Assembly: GCF_964204645.1 (NCBI RefSeq)
Contig: NC_134036.1
Location: forward strand, 11,077,859-11,141,858
Reading direction: 5' to 3'
DNA: 64,000 bases
DNA from: Tubulanus polymorphus
Taxonomy: Eukaryota > Animalia > Nemertea
The translations under genes and the position numbers were made by a program. Below are positions 25,439 to 40,400 of this stretch, piece after piece (positions within the stretch are counted from its first letter, which is position 1; each line of letters begins with the position of its first letter). Below the pieces are notes generated by a model, which had not been told where the DNA came from, did no database searches, and was given only the letters and a program-made list of their open reading frames with translations.

Positions 25439-28400
25439 CTGAAATACGGAAGCAATAATCTAGTCAATAATCATTGATGCACGCATCCTTAAGATATATT
25501 GCAATTACATTTCACAACTGGGCATATTCCTATACACATTAAGCTATGATTCATTCGCACAAAGGTTAAGCTGCTCGGCATGAACTTAGGCTCATTTCAT
25601 TTTTTAATTGAAAAACCTCTGACTAATATTTCTTAAAGAAAATCCAAATAAAAAGAACAACAATGACTAGTTTGATGTTTTGTCGCAGTAGAAGTAGCCA
25701 TTTTCAATGCGGGAAGAAAAAAGCTAGGTCATGATAGGCAGAAACATGATGGAGACGAAAGCAGAGATCTTGTCAGTATACTGTAATGTGCAGCTACATG
25801 TAGTTTTCTTTCCAGCTAATTCAGTTGTCGTTCAATGAAACCCGTAAGTTGAACATGTTCTACTCCAACGTTGATCCTGTGCAAATTTTCCTGTACTGAT
25901 CGATCAAATCTATGGTAATACATTTGTATAGTCGTCAACGGGTCAAGGAAATAAACTTTAGGTACCGTATCAGTAATTACCTCAGATAGGGTTTCTACGC
26001 GGCTTACACGTGTGACGCTCCCACTTTCAAACTGAAAAGTCAAAAGAGTAATAGAAAACAGATGGTTCGATTGCGAAAAAAACTAGGGGTCCACGGGGAC
26101 ACCGCTCACTTTGTACTTAGTTTTGATATTTACTGACCCCTCGTGAACGAGCAGAAATGAATGGCCTTAAAATTCACCGCAATGAAACCTGTCGTAAGCT
26201 TACAATATTTGCAATTCATTGTCGATTCAATGTTTATTATCTATTCAACTTCCAAGTTAAATGGATATACATGTACTAAAATTGAAGGCCCCAGGTGAAC
26301 ATAAATGTACAGAAACCAAATTACCTTCATCTTAATACACATGTTAAGAACACGTCATTAGCTACCCCTTAATTGTTACACCAGTTAATTGTGGTAACAA
26401 AATATACATTGTAGGTATTCAAATTACAAAAGTGCATTGATTTCAAAATTCAATGTCCTTTGGGGAGAAGAAACAGGATAATATCAGCTCCGTGCGATAT
26501 ATAGCTCCTCAACCATCTATTCACCAAATATCTAAACAACGCTGAAGACAAACCCTTTGAAAAATCCAAAAATTACTGAATTTCATCTGTAAGATCGTTC
26601 ACACGAAGAATTTATTTCGAAACGTTCACCAGGTTTAATCATCCGAGGCTAATCAGACGCGTTGTGGCGATAGAGTGAATCTGCCTGTGAAAAACACCGT
26701 ATTTGATTGGCTTAATATTTAGACTGGTGGCCGCTGAGCAATAAGCTGGGCCAACTTCGTTTATCGGAGTTAGTCGACTATGAAACTAAATGAAACCGAA
26801 TGTCTGTTAGTCGGAACTATGGTCCGTAAATCGCCGACCACGCGATTGAGCACGGTCGCTATAGTTTGGATCTAGGTTCAAGATGGCCGACACTGTGAAA
26901 TACGTAACCACAGAGCGTTCGGTTATTAGTTCCGACCACTAATCGAATAGCTACGAAAACCGAAGTTGGCCCAACACAGTCCCAAGTGGGCAGAATATTA
27001 CAGATTCAATCATCCTTTTCTGAAATTTCAGTTGATTCAAATTCCAGACTGAGGATGAAACTACAGTGGTACGTCGTTACAGCGAATTTCACGGGAACAG
27101 ATGTTTGTTATACCATCCTCCCTCGGCAGGTATTCGAACCCACCGAAATCGCTACACTGAGCCACAACACGCCACAGCACGAACCGTGGCATGCTCGTTG
27201 CCATCAGGTTCAAACCTGATGGCATAAACCTGATGGTTATAACCGATATTTTGTTCTATCCAGTATCAAATTCGTAACAACAAAGTACCATTGTATTACT
27301 CTATAACAAGGAAATCAGGCAATTACCTCAGAGCCAATATCGCTTCCACCATTGTTACTATCAGCACATTTAGCGGTCTGTAAAATACAATAAAACATTG
27401 CAGCAGGTGAAGTGTAATAGGGCTTTTGGGGTTTTTTCAAGAGGGGGTTTTGGGACACTGCATAACTGTTTCAATAGCCCTATAGTCCCTGGACCTTACA
27501 AACAGATAGCAATTAGTGAGCACAAATATTGCGAAGGTACATAAGCCGCAATCGCACGGAGACGATTTTGCCCTTGCCAAATTCGCACGGATCAGGCTCG
27601 AGTCCAATTTGGCCTGAGTCTATTAAGAGAGCACGTTCTCACGAAAACCACTCACTCGATACTAAACAATGCTCAAATAAAGTGCAATGAGTTTCTTTCG
27701 GAACCTAATAATTTACGGTACCAGTTGCAATTCACACACAATCATTTGTCTCAAGATTGGCTCGAACCTGGTTCGACGCTTTTGTTCGGGCGAGATTTGG
27801 CACGAGCGTCTCTATGGTGAAGCACACTACCCAGTCATACCTAGATACAGAGAGTTTCCCGAACAATCATGTCGGAGTGATAGTAAACTATTTACCTATA
27901 TCTGGTGACCCCTGTCCTTTCAGTCTAATAACATACGTTTTCAATAAAACAACCGTGCACAACTCAGACGGATCTACGTAGGGACCTATTTCGAGGGTGT
28001 TCCAAATTATAAAAGACCACTCAGTATTATCGGCTTCCTTATCCATACCCTTGTACCTCCGGATAATGTTGAAACTATATACAATATTTGACCATTTTCA
28101 TAGTTTTATGACTATAGGTGTTTTTATTTAAGCAACTCGTATAAAATCGCTTTGCTCCGTCGATTACTGCCTCGTGGTACAAATCGAATCGCCTTAAATA
28201 AATGACCCTACTCTCCACAACCGGAACCTGAATTTTCTGCGATTGAAAAAGCCGCCATTTTGTTTTTGATCTATCACTGAACGCTCCAATGTCGTAGCAA
28301 ATCGAATCAAAGCGCTTCGATGAGCGATTTGGCCGCGTTGAGTACTCGCGTTGGCGATTTGGTTAAATAAATGGACGTTGTAGGCAAATCGTTGTAGGCG

Positions 28401-31400
28401 CGTTGCTTAAATAAATGGGCGATTCGATTCGTGTTGATTCGAGATGCTTAAATAAAAACGCCTTATGTATTTTTACAAGAATGTGCTTAGGCATCCTCGC
28501 TAACCAGGGTTTGATTGCCGCTAGCTGAAGCTCACGCCTTGCCGCAAACCCTTCATTGGTCTATTATGCATTGCCCGATATATCTTGGCAAGGCGGCAAC
28601 CAGTTTATATGTTCAGCTCAGATGCATAGCGAATCAGCAAGTGTAAAACAACGCATCTGATTGGCTTAAAATACATAGACTGGTGGTCAATTAGTGGCAA
28701 CCTGTCGACCCAAGAAATCTTTGGCAATGTATATAGACCAATGAAGGGTTTGCAGCCAGGGTTTCCGTGTTAGCGTGAGCTTCAGCGGGCAGCAATCAAA
28801 CCCTCGCAAACGAGGATCGTACTAAAAGAAATTCAAGCTAAACGGTGGCGTCATGCGGAGAGGGAAAAAATCTGAATTTTGTGATTTTGTGATATACAAA
28901 ACGGTGTCCCGTATTTTAGACATGACTGTGCGAACTAAAATATAACCAACCAAGAGGTGATGTCCACAGCGAGCAACTGTTAGTTTGACCAACTGAACTG
29001 AAATGATGTATCTCGGAATATGGTCGGAAAATTAATTACTTATCTGTTTTTTAAGATAATAATAACTAATCATAAATTAGTTACAATTGAATGAGATTGA
29101 GATATTGGAGGATGTTCATTTTTGCATTAGAAGATTTTAGGGTTAACATGACCATGCATGTTTGCACAATATCAAATTCAACATAGCCAGCTAGGTTATT
29201 TTGGATCTCCACTTATCAATCATTGGATTATCATTTTCATTTTCCTGCTAGGACATAGTTCCCCAGGCTATAAAACATCCAATGAAATTCTAGATTTACC
29301 TCGACTTCCATTTTATCGTCTTCAAAAGGGGTTGAAATATTCTGAAAAGAAAACAATTTAGATTATTCAGAATTCATTTGTCCCGAAGTTAGGAGTCAAC
29401 TGTATGAAACAATTTATATTCTTAGGTATTTGTTTGTTTATAGTTTTCATTTTCATTCCTTATTTCTAAACCACTTGTTCTACTAAGTGACTGAAATGAA
29501 AATCGAATAAATCAAATATTTTCTTATTTATTTCCATAATCAAACTTAAGCGTGGGTTATGTCGACTTCTGGCTCGGTGCCTTCCGGTGCAATTGGATTT
29601 ATCGGTGACTAAAATTAGCCGCAAATAGCGCCAGTTGCAGCCTACGCTTTCGAGGGCAACCGACTTGGGCGCAACTGCGAATCGATGGAACTGAGGGTAG
29701 GAATTCCAGCCAGAGACCGCATATAAAGAGTAAAAATGTGACCGCTAACAATCGTCATCGGTATTTATTTATAAACTTTCAAATTCATATTCTAAATTTA
29801 TAACTTTTGAATTATTTTATAACTGAATTTGAATTTCTATTCTTAAAATGTTAATCACACTACTATCTGCAGTCCGTTCAGTTGCTAGTAATCGTAACCG
29901 CCATACGTAAGCGGGAAAGCAACTGGCTGTATCTCATACCCTGCTAGTCAGGTTCAGTTGCTGGAAATCACAGCGCAGTCAACATAAGTAGGGATACGAT
30001 TGCAGTTGCGCCGGTGTAGGCGTCGCGTTGCTGGTCGACAAAAGCCAGTATTTAAGCCTGGCTTAGGTCGAAAAGTGACGCGACGCATACCGATGCAACT
30101 GAGAGCAGCCCAAATTATCTCGACTGCAGAGAAACACTAACAGATAAAAGACACATAATTACCTCTGCTTCCGCCTGCTTATTTCCACCAGAGGTTGAAA
30201 TTGTCTAAAAGATTTGAAAAAAAATGGATTTCATGCATTACTAGAAGTTAAATTCTGATTTGCACAATTCAACTATCAGAATCATATATCATATTTAAAA
30301 CCGTTACATAGAAGATTGACTTTTACATCTCTATCAATTACGTATAATCAAAATATTTGACGGTTATATAGGTTATCTTATTATTCCTTACCTCTAAACC
30401 ACTTGTGTTGCTAAGCGATGACTGAAATAGAAAACACGGATTTTATCTATTTTCATAATTGTGGTGCATTTGTTTCTAATCAGGTGGCGTAAGATATTGG
30501 GTATATTCCCTTGTATAAAAGCAATGAGAAATCCGAATGCGCGTAAGTGACTGCCGATACACAGGCTCAGTGTTATCATTCTCAATGCTTCTACCGAATA
30601 CAAAACTATCTTTACTCCACTTTGATTCAGTCGATTCTCTGGAATAGTTATACGTGATTCTTAAAAGATGCGGATAAAACCCGACTGACGGAGCGCTCTG
30701 AATCGGATTTTAAATGAAAGTGTTTGTTTCAATTGAAAAAAGCCAAACGAATGTGGGTTTCCGTGTGTGAAGTGTCCCATAACAGCGATAAGAATTATCG
30801 TAAATCATAATTTCGGGTAATTAGGGTAAACGTAAGCGTTTTTGCAGTGATATGCTGCCAATACTGCATTGTTTTTGGTGATTAACAAATTGATTCATAT
30901 TCATTAGGAAATCAAGAAGTACCTGCATCAATGAATGCACCTTCGTTGCGGTCTTACGTGTTTCCTTTTCGCCAGACGTCAACATATAGAAACGCTCTTG
31001 CGTCATCAAACTATGGCTCATCAACTGAGCCAAACTTTCTCTTATGTCGGGGTCCTTGCCTCTACATTCTGTTGTGACAGATTTTCTGATGAGGCTATTA
31101 TTCACAACCCTTGCATAGCCGAGGGCTTTCTCGACATAGCTTTTCAAAGTTCTGTTTGAAACAAAGAATTCATAGAAATTATCGAATATCGAAAAGTCGA
31201 TATTGTGATTTGATTGTGGAGGCTTTTGAGCAATTACCATCGAATATGGAAGAATCTCGTATGATTCAAATATAAACACAATCAATCACAGCATCTTGAC
31301 AATTTCCTCATACAAAATCCCGTCAACGACATAGCAGACAGATGGAATGACTAATGAAAAGTGATAACGGTAATGAATTCAAATTTATGTAATCTCACTA

Positions 31401-34400
31401 TTCAGTAAGTCCAATGACACGATGCTGTCGTGGCTGCTTTACTAGAAACTTACATATATAACTGTTATGAATGCGTAATATCAAATGAAGCGTCGTTTGG
31501 GACGTTGTATTGACTTTTCTTATAATACGTATCTGTTGACAAAGCCTCATATGTTGAATTCTATGTCAATATATGAGGGCTTCGCCATGTAACAGATGGA
31601 TGAGAACTGCCAACATTTTTGTACACACAATCGGAATAATATCCCAAACGGTGCCTCATAAATCAATGACGGACGAATTCCATTCTCTCTTCGCTTTGGT
31701 GCAACAGAATTTGAGCATTTCCGCATCAAGCTAAATCTATCATATCAGAGTAATTGTTACTTCTGATCGAAACATGATGTTTAAAGATAACATTGATTTG
31801 TTTGGTTTGATTGGTTAACATTGATTTGTTTGTAGGGATTGCCAACTTCATCAATTACTAGAGTACATACTACAGTCTACCTCCGATGTAACGTCGTTGG
31901 ATTTACCGTAGATTCATCTTATCGTATTATTTCCCAGTTTCCAATTTTTCCTTCTAAAATATTAGGCCTTAAAGAACCCTCGAATATACCGTATTTTTCA
32001 TAACGTAGATCACTTATATCGACGTATAGATTATTTGATCCCAATTAGTCAAATCAACGTAATTATCCTCGAATGTAACGTATCGCAAAAAATTAAAAAA
32101 TGAGAAAAAATATAACATGTATCACAGATAGTATCACAGATAACTATCGGAAAAATCCAGGGAAACTTACTGGTTTATTTTATTAGAATCTTTAGGGTTT
32201 CCACCCCAAGAGACGAAAATCTGCTGCCTCTCATTTCTGATGTTAACATTTTCGATTTGTGGCAGCACCCTATCAGCATATAGCTGTAACTGATTGAATA
32301 GGGCGCTGTCTAGAAACAAATGGACAACGGGAGAGGTTGTCACAGTTTTGTGACCATCATCCAGTCCAGTTACCTAGAAAATATAAAAATTTATTAGTTG
32401 CATTTATAATTTCCAAATCAAGCCTATGAGGTACAATATGAGTCAAAATTCAGTTGGTTTGTTTCCTGCGAAAGGCAACCGAGGGATCCAAATTTAGACA
32501 TGTTCCTACCAACCATATCCAAGTTACTTAAAAATCCAGACCCTAGAAGTAACAAGCAGAAGCTGCTCTTTGTACCAATACTTGAGTTATAGCTAGACAC
32601 TGGCCCACGTCCTTAGCAGGGCCTACCCTTCATGACCAGTGGCCGAGACAATCCATGCCCAATTGAGAGATTTGAAAAGTTCAATATTCGAAGCCCTCTG
32701 GTGAACATATACAGCGAACAGTGCCCGGAAACTCACCACAATCAATTGAAATTACAGACACGCGGATCGAAAGTACACGCAATAGCTCGTTGAGACCCAG
32801 ATGGGCTAAACGTGAACCAATTTCTGGGACAGATAAATGACAACACGTGTAACGATACTGCATAGAAATATAATCATAAAGTTGTGATCTCATTTTGAAA
32901 TTTTGCAGTCAAATTGATCGAAAACGATAATTTTACAAACAAGGGATCCTTATACAGACATTTGTGGTCTCCTGCTAAACTTGACCGAAAAGTTTATGTT
33001 GTGTAAATTGAAGAAAATACCAAATCTCCAATATTTACTACCCTTTTGAAATCATTTGGACATCAATGAAATAGCACTCCCATCTGGATATCTGGATATA
33101 TCACCAGATGTGCTCTCCTACCATATCAATACTACCCAACATAACCAAAATCCAATACATGATCACAACGTTATAGCCTAGCCCCACGCACATGGCAAGG
33201 AAAAAAGCATTTTTTCCTCGTGAAAAAGGTTTTCGATAATTTTTCTTATACCATGTTGAACGTTTTATAGCGTTTTGCCGTATGCGGCGGGCTTTTGGCT
33301 TCATCCAAGCATATTACTAATACCAGAGTGCATATTCGAGATTTATGGATAATTCAAGAAGAAATCATCTAGAATTCTGTTCCATTGATATTTTTCTGCA
33401 AATTCAAATTTAAGAATACGAATCTTTTTCTGCAATTTATGTAGCACATTATATCAGATTCAAAACCTGTTGAATCCATATTAATATGGGAATTGGGCAT
33501 GACTAATTCATAAGATTATCATACATGCATCATAAAAACACAAATGACAAAACTCAAATATAACTAACTTTAAATCGAAAAAAAAGTGAAACGAATGCCA
33601 TGGTAAAATCAAACAGAGAATCGTCTGAATCCAACATGGCGTCAAGAGGCAACTGATGGCGCATGCGCGAGGCATATCTCATTGGATCTCCAAAACCCAT
33701 ACCGAAACGAAATAGAACTAACTTTAAATCGAAAAAAAAGTGAAACGAATGCCATGGTAAAATCAAAATCTCACCTTCATGCAATACAAATCGCCCTCCA
33801 TAGTGGCATTTCTCACGTGTTTTATGGTCAAATTTGCGATCGGCCCAGCTCTGCAGGGATTTTGTACCGAAATTGCAAATATGAGGTAGTTACGAATACA
33901 GCTGAGGGTTTTTCGATCGACTGCTTCATCCGACATCAGTGATGTCACTGCCCTCCTCGCCTCGTCTGAGTACAATACATTCCTTATCTCTGTTGGATTC
34001 AGACGATTCTCTGAAATAATCACATTCAATTCTCAAAAATTCGGGAAAATCTTACTTATCAGGCGCACCAACTGCTCTGAATTTGACCTTGAAGAAAAAT
34101 GTTTTGTTTAAATTGAAAAAAAAGCAAAGCCAGTCTTTCCAGCCTGAGGCGAGACTATAAGCACACCAACCACTATGAGTCGGATTTTAAATAAAAGTAT
34201 GTTAGGTTAAAATAGAAAAAAAGCGAAGCGTAAATGTCTTCAAGTAGACATTATAGACTCAGGAGGGAATCGAACCCCCGTGCCAGTCTCTCCAGCCTGA
34301 GGAGAGACCGGGCGCGCCAACCGCTCTGAGTCGGATTTTAAATAAAAATATATTTGGTTAAATTGAAAAAAGCGAAGCTTATAGGTCTATCAAGTAGACT

Positions 34401-37400
34401 TTATAGACTCAGGAGGGAATCGAACCCCCGTGCCAGCCTCTCCAGCCTGAGGAGAGACCGGGCGCGCCAACCGCTCTGAGTCGGATTTTAAATAAAAATA
34501 TATTTGGTTAAATTGAAAAAAGCGAAGCTTATAGGTCTATCAAGTAGACTTTATAGACTCAGGAGGGAATCGAACCCCCGTGCCAGTCTCTCCAGCCTGA
34601 GGAGAGACCGGGCGCGCCAACCGCTCTGAGTCGGATTTCAAATAAAAATTTGGTTGGGTTTTAAATTGAAAAAAAAGCGAAGCTTAAAGGTGCCAGTCTC
34701 TCCAGCCGAGGAGACACTCGGTGTGCCAACTGCTCTGAAAACAGATCTTCTGGTCCCGTGAAGTTCACTGTAACGAGGTTCCACTGTATTTAGCAAGAAA
34801 ACTGTCAATCCATTGTAACCTATGAAAAGTGTTCGAATCAACATACCGCTGTCTATCAATTGTTTATCGATATAGCGCTTGGCCTTGGTCTTCTTGCCGA
34901 TCGTCGTCCAATTCACGGTGCTCGCGTGCGAACGACTGACCAGTTCCGCCGTTTGATTCATTTTTGATACACCGACCTTTAAAAAGATAGTAGGCCTATA
35001 TGATGCGGATTTCAAGAAAATGTTCGACGATTTCTTGATTTTTCAATTAGTATATACTTACAGATTCGACGTACAACAAAAATTTACGCCAAACCGCAAT
35101 GTAGGCTTCAATAGTGCCTGGCTGTTTTCCTAAGTCAACCATTGATTTCAGATATGCTTTTAGTTTACATTCGTTTAGCGTAAACTGCGTTGCGACAAGC
35201 ATGTCTCGAATCCGCTGCCTTCTTTGAGAGGCAGCGTTTGTGTCGACGTTTTGTAATCCGCAGCTCCAAGAAATGAAATTCGAGACAATGTTGTCTGTCG
35301 GGAGCTGGGGATACTCTGAATCCGGTTTCTTTTTGATTTCGTTCGGTACGGCGCTTAAAATTTCATCTGCTAGTTGTGTATCTGATTGATCGGTTTCGAC
35401 CGCTTGCACTAAGGTAGAAATCAATGATAATGATAATCGACTGATTGATATAACAAGTATCAAAATATCTCAGGTAGTTATAAACATGAACTTTTAAAAT
35501 TGTAGAATCTTAAGAATACATGAGCTTCATCTATACTATAAGAGACAAATGGCGAAACTTTGTCACGAGTTGGTGCGGTCTGTGCGCTATGCAGCTTTTG
35601 GTACCAAATGAAAGATACTGGTCGTGTGTAGTTTAAGATAAAATTTTTGCTGAAACGATAAATTTTAGATAGATCTTTGGACCCTTTAAGTTTGGACGCT
35701 CTGCGCGACGTCACTGCGCTCGCTGATCCAAATAAACAGTGCCCGCTGATTTATCTTAGCTATCTGTTCGAAATATTCAAAGGCTTATTCAAAGTCAAAT
35801 ACACTACGCTTAGTTACAGATTACGCAATTGCAGCAGTAAGACCGCCATACAGCCAGTAGAGGAGAGCCCTAAAACACATTAATTATAATCAATAATCAA
35901 CAAGATATATGATGATTAAAGTGTAATAAACTCACGAGCTACGTCATAACTTCCTTTACAATACGGCCGGTGTTTATCGAGGCGATAGACGCGCATTCTG
36001 CAATGCAGACATTCTTTTTGTTTTCGAGCGTCTTTGTTTTTATTATCGCGCCGACGTTTTCGATATTGCGGTGGGCTTGATCTGAAAATTTTAAGGGTCG
36101 GCCGTGAACATTCGACATCTTACATGGAACAAACTTTCCATAATCAATTTCAATTTGATCTACTGTGAAAATGTTCTTGTTCATTACCCTGATGTACATA
36201 CTGTATAAAACTGACACAAACGATAAACTTTAAAAGTAAGTAGAAATTCAATTAACTAAAACTTCTAGAGTTATCATCGATGAAACAAAAAAGCCACAAA
36301 GAAGTGTCATTCTGACCAGTACCTCCAGTTCAGTGAATCCGTTCCGGACCAGTGGTGCACGAGTCGCAGGTGTCTCGGCACTCGTGTCACCGCCTTCTTG
36401 CACACCGGACACTTATGTGTTCTTCTTATGTATGTATCCTTCTTTTCTATATATCAATTACCATTCATATTTGTTCAAATCTATCTGTTATTTACAAAGA
36501 CGGACAAAAAGAAACACATCGGCCCTTTTGAGCTAGTGATATTTTACCATTATTTGATTTCGATTTCGAAGCAACCGACGACTCTTGTTCCATTTCTAGC
36601 ATATTTCGAAGAAAATTCATGAAAAGAAAATGTATTTTGAGAATAGAGCCCCAGGATGAGCATAGTAAACTTGAAAATTGATAATATCGAGCTTTTTGAT
36701 GCGCAGAGAGCATTTATATTTTACCATTATTTGATGTCAAAGCCGGCGAATCTTGTTCCATTTCTAGCAATTTTCGAAACACAATTCATAAAAAAAGAAA
36801 AAAATATGTTTAGAATAGGGGCCAGAGATCAGCATGATAAACCTGAAAATTGATGAAAGCTGCCGCAGTTGAGGACTTGTGTGATAGAGTATCTGGGAGG
36901 ACCGCTGGGCCGTTAGAGGCTGGGCAACACAGCCAGTTTCACAAAAGGTATAGCAATGTGTATATATCATTTCGGTGATTTTAAGAGACTTTTCCGTAGA
37001 GTTAAGTCTCTGGAGACTTATTTTCACCTGGTTCATAGAAGAATTCTATATTGCACAATGCTTAGTACGGCATTTAAGATTGAATTGAATTTTTCCTCGT
37101 TTTCCTGCGTTTAAATACTATACTGGATGGTTCCTTTATATAATTAGTGTCGTCATAGTTTGAATAGTTTATTTTTAATTTTGCAATCGGTCACAGTCTG
37201 GATCACTTCTCGGATCTCTTCTCGTATTCACAATAAATATCAAGGAAACACTTTTAGTCAGGGGAGAGAGAGTCAGATATGCCGAGATAAGGCTCGATAC
37301 TCAACGTGTTACAGCCGATAAAGACCGACCTGCGAGTCGTGAGCTTGGACATAAAGTTGAATAGATATTCGCCTCATGTAATCGAAAATATACTTTTTAG

Positions 37401-40400
37401 CATTCTCCTCTATGGTTTTGGAATTAAAGAGACGTTCGACAAATGATTGCTTCCGATAGAGCGCGCCGCTTTGTATTAAGTCCCCCTATACGCACGATAT
37501 CAGAGATGCAGGTGTGAACGTAGATATATGTACATTAACACAAAATACCAAGAGGTCTACTGTGTAGGCTTTTAGCTCAGCTCTGCATGCAATTCTGTAA
37601 CAAAGACTGGGGGGAGGCAATTGTTCAAGAGTCAAATTTTAGATAAAATATTTGCTGCAATTGAAAAAAGTGAACTTTTAAAGTCTGTCAAGTAGACATT
37701 AGGCCCGGGAGGGAATCGAGCCCCCGGGCCAGTCTCTCCAACCTAAGGAGAGACTGGGCGCGCCAACCACCCCTAAATCGGTTTTAAATAAAGATGTCTG
37801 TTTTAACTGAAAAAAGCGAAACTTAAAGGTCTATCAAGTAGACATTAGCTATAGACTCAGGAGGGAATCGAACCCCCGTGCCAGTCTCTCCAGCCAGAGG
37901 AGAGACCGGGCGCGCCAACCGCTCTGAGTCGGATTTTAAATAAAAATATGTTTGGTTAAATTGAAAAAAGCGAAGCTTAAAAGCCTATCAAGTAGACATT
38001 ATAGACTCAGGAGGGAATCGAGACTCAGGAGGGAATCGAACCCCCGTGCCAGTCTCTCCAGCCTGAGGAGAGACCGGGCGCGCCAACCGCTCTGAGTCGG
38101 ATTTTAAATAAAAGTATGTTAGGTTAAAATAGAAAAAAGGTGAAGCGTAAATGTCTTCAAGTAGACATTATAGACTCAGGAGGGAATCGAACCCCCGTGC
38201 CAGTCTCTCCAGCCTGAGGAGAGACCGGGCGCGCCAACCGCTCTGAGTCGGATTTTAAATAAAAGTATGTTAGGTTAAAATAGAAAAAAGCGTAGCGTAA
38301 ATGTCTTCAAGTAGACATTATAGACTCAGGAGGGAATCGAACCCCCGTGCCAGTCTCTCCAGCCTGAGGAGAGACCGGGCGCGCCAACCGCTCTGAGTCG
38401 GATTTTAGATGAAATATATGATTGTTTCAATTAAAAAAAGCGAAGCTTTAAGGTCTATCAAGTAGACATTATCATAGACTCAGGAGGGAATCGAACGCTC
38501 TTATACCCCGGCACATTGATTCTCCAAACCGACGCTTCCATACTAAGTCAAAAGTATTTTGGCTTTTATAATGTACATTACCACCATTTCCTGGCTATAC
38601 GGTAACTCATAAACGGTTCGACGCAAGATCAGGAAATGAAATGAAATGAAAAATAGAACTCTCCGGATGCTAATTCCTGCATTTGAACAGTGACAGACGT
38701 TACAACTAGAATGATTTAGAATAACAGTGACAAAAAGAAAACCATTTTTCATAGGGGGATTCCAGACAAACTTGAATCCACCATTTAGAAGCGTCGGAGC
38801 ATCGAAGCATCAGAGTAGAGAAGCGTCTGAGTATCGATCCAACCTCTCTGAATCGGATTGAACTAGAGGTCCAGGGATAGCAAAAAAGCTGAAAGGTATC
38901 TAATTGCAAAATATGTGAGATAACCTGTTGAAGCGGTAGAATCTATCGATGGCTCATAGTCGGCATCATCATCATTATCATCATCAATGTCATCAGCGTT
39001 TGCTCTTGGACCCGAGTGGTTTTTTTCCATGTCATATGTTTCTGCAAAAAAATCAAAGTATATCATTCAATTTCTGTATTAGAATTACATTGTAAGATGT
39101 TGTCTGCGTGCACGTGCGTGTTTGTAATATCTAAATATCTGTATATATACAAGCCTTTAAGATATAAAAAATGCTCCGCGATTGATGTTGACGGGCATTG
39201 CTTCTCGAGGGACAAAGCCATTTTGTACAATATATTGAACTCTTCGATATGTACGTTCTGTTTTTCCTGATCGTCAACTGGAATATTTAAGACAGAGTAT
39301 ACGTGAGTCCAAAACCCGCAGTACCATGAAAACTATATTCTCATCGAGAAAGAAGTAACATTATATTTTAATTACACCATTTTCCTTTCAAGCGTTGAAA
39401 ATACGACGAGATGCTTTTCGAGCTATCTTTTTCAAAGAGTTCCATCGTCATGCCATGAATAGTGTTGAAGATGCGGATCTGTGCATCCTGTTTTTCTTCA
39501 ACTGTATATGAGATATTGTAGGGAGCATTAGTGATGTCCATGCAGAAACAAAGGGGAAATAGAATAATTGTATGAAATACAAACAGGAAGAAGACTATTC
39601 GATTATAATAATTATTCGACTTACAAACACTTGACTCCGTATGGTGAGGTGGTGTAGGGGGGATAACATCCTCATCCGTTCTGACGACTTGGTTAACTTA
39701 AATATAACACAAATAAAAGTTAGGATTAATCACTAGTGTCCTCGTGAATCAAACAATAACCAGTCAGTCCATTGAAATATAGTGTATTGCTCCATATAAA
39801 TCAAATGTAATGAGCACATACAACATAAGCTTAAGGCTGGCTTATGTCGACATGTCGACTGCGCTCCGATTCGCAGCAACTGAGGCCGACTATCGGGATA
39901 CGGGATCCTCCCAGTTGCTTCAGGTTTATTTCGGTTACGATTACTGGCAACTGCAGCGGCTCAGAGGGTCACGTGATTAAGCTTTTTGTGGATAGATTTG
40001 AATTATTTTGAATTATTGGGAAATATCTTTCTATTAGAAAGCAATTTCTTTAAGATCTTAATCTTTCTGATTCTTTTTTGAATACAATGTGCTAGCATGA
40101 TTCTACCAATTTCGTTTCTAGATCTTCGGTCCAGTCCAAATTTACACGGATGCCGAATGTGCCCGTGCCTGTTTGGCCGACCAAAAACGTGAGACCATGC
40201 CCGAGCCAAGTTTTAAAAGCCGGGTCAAAAGCCGCGTGATCACACAGAGACGATTTGGCCCGTGCTAAATGGGCACGGAACAAGTCAGAGTCGAATTTGG
40301 CCCGTGCCTGATTAGAGAGCGCGTCCACACGTAAACCACTCACTCGATACTTAACAATGCTCTAATAAAGTGATGTGAGTTTCTTACGGAAACTGTAGCA

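Noticed and set aside
34256-34332. Functional tRNA-Pro(AGG) or tRNA-Sec
   Set aside because: 11-bp stem, no U33, reduced D arm and no long variable arm; kept only as tRNA-like.
35939-36217. Track ORF of 92 aa
   Set aside because: The overlapping alternative frame encodes the zinc finger and fits the splice phases.
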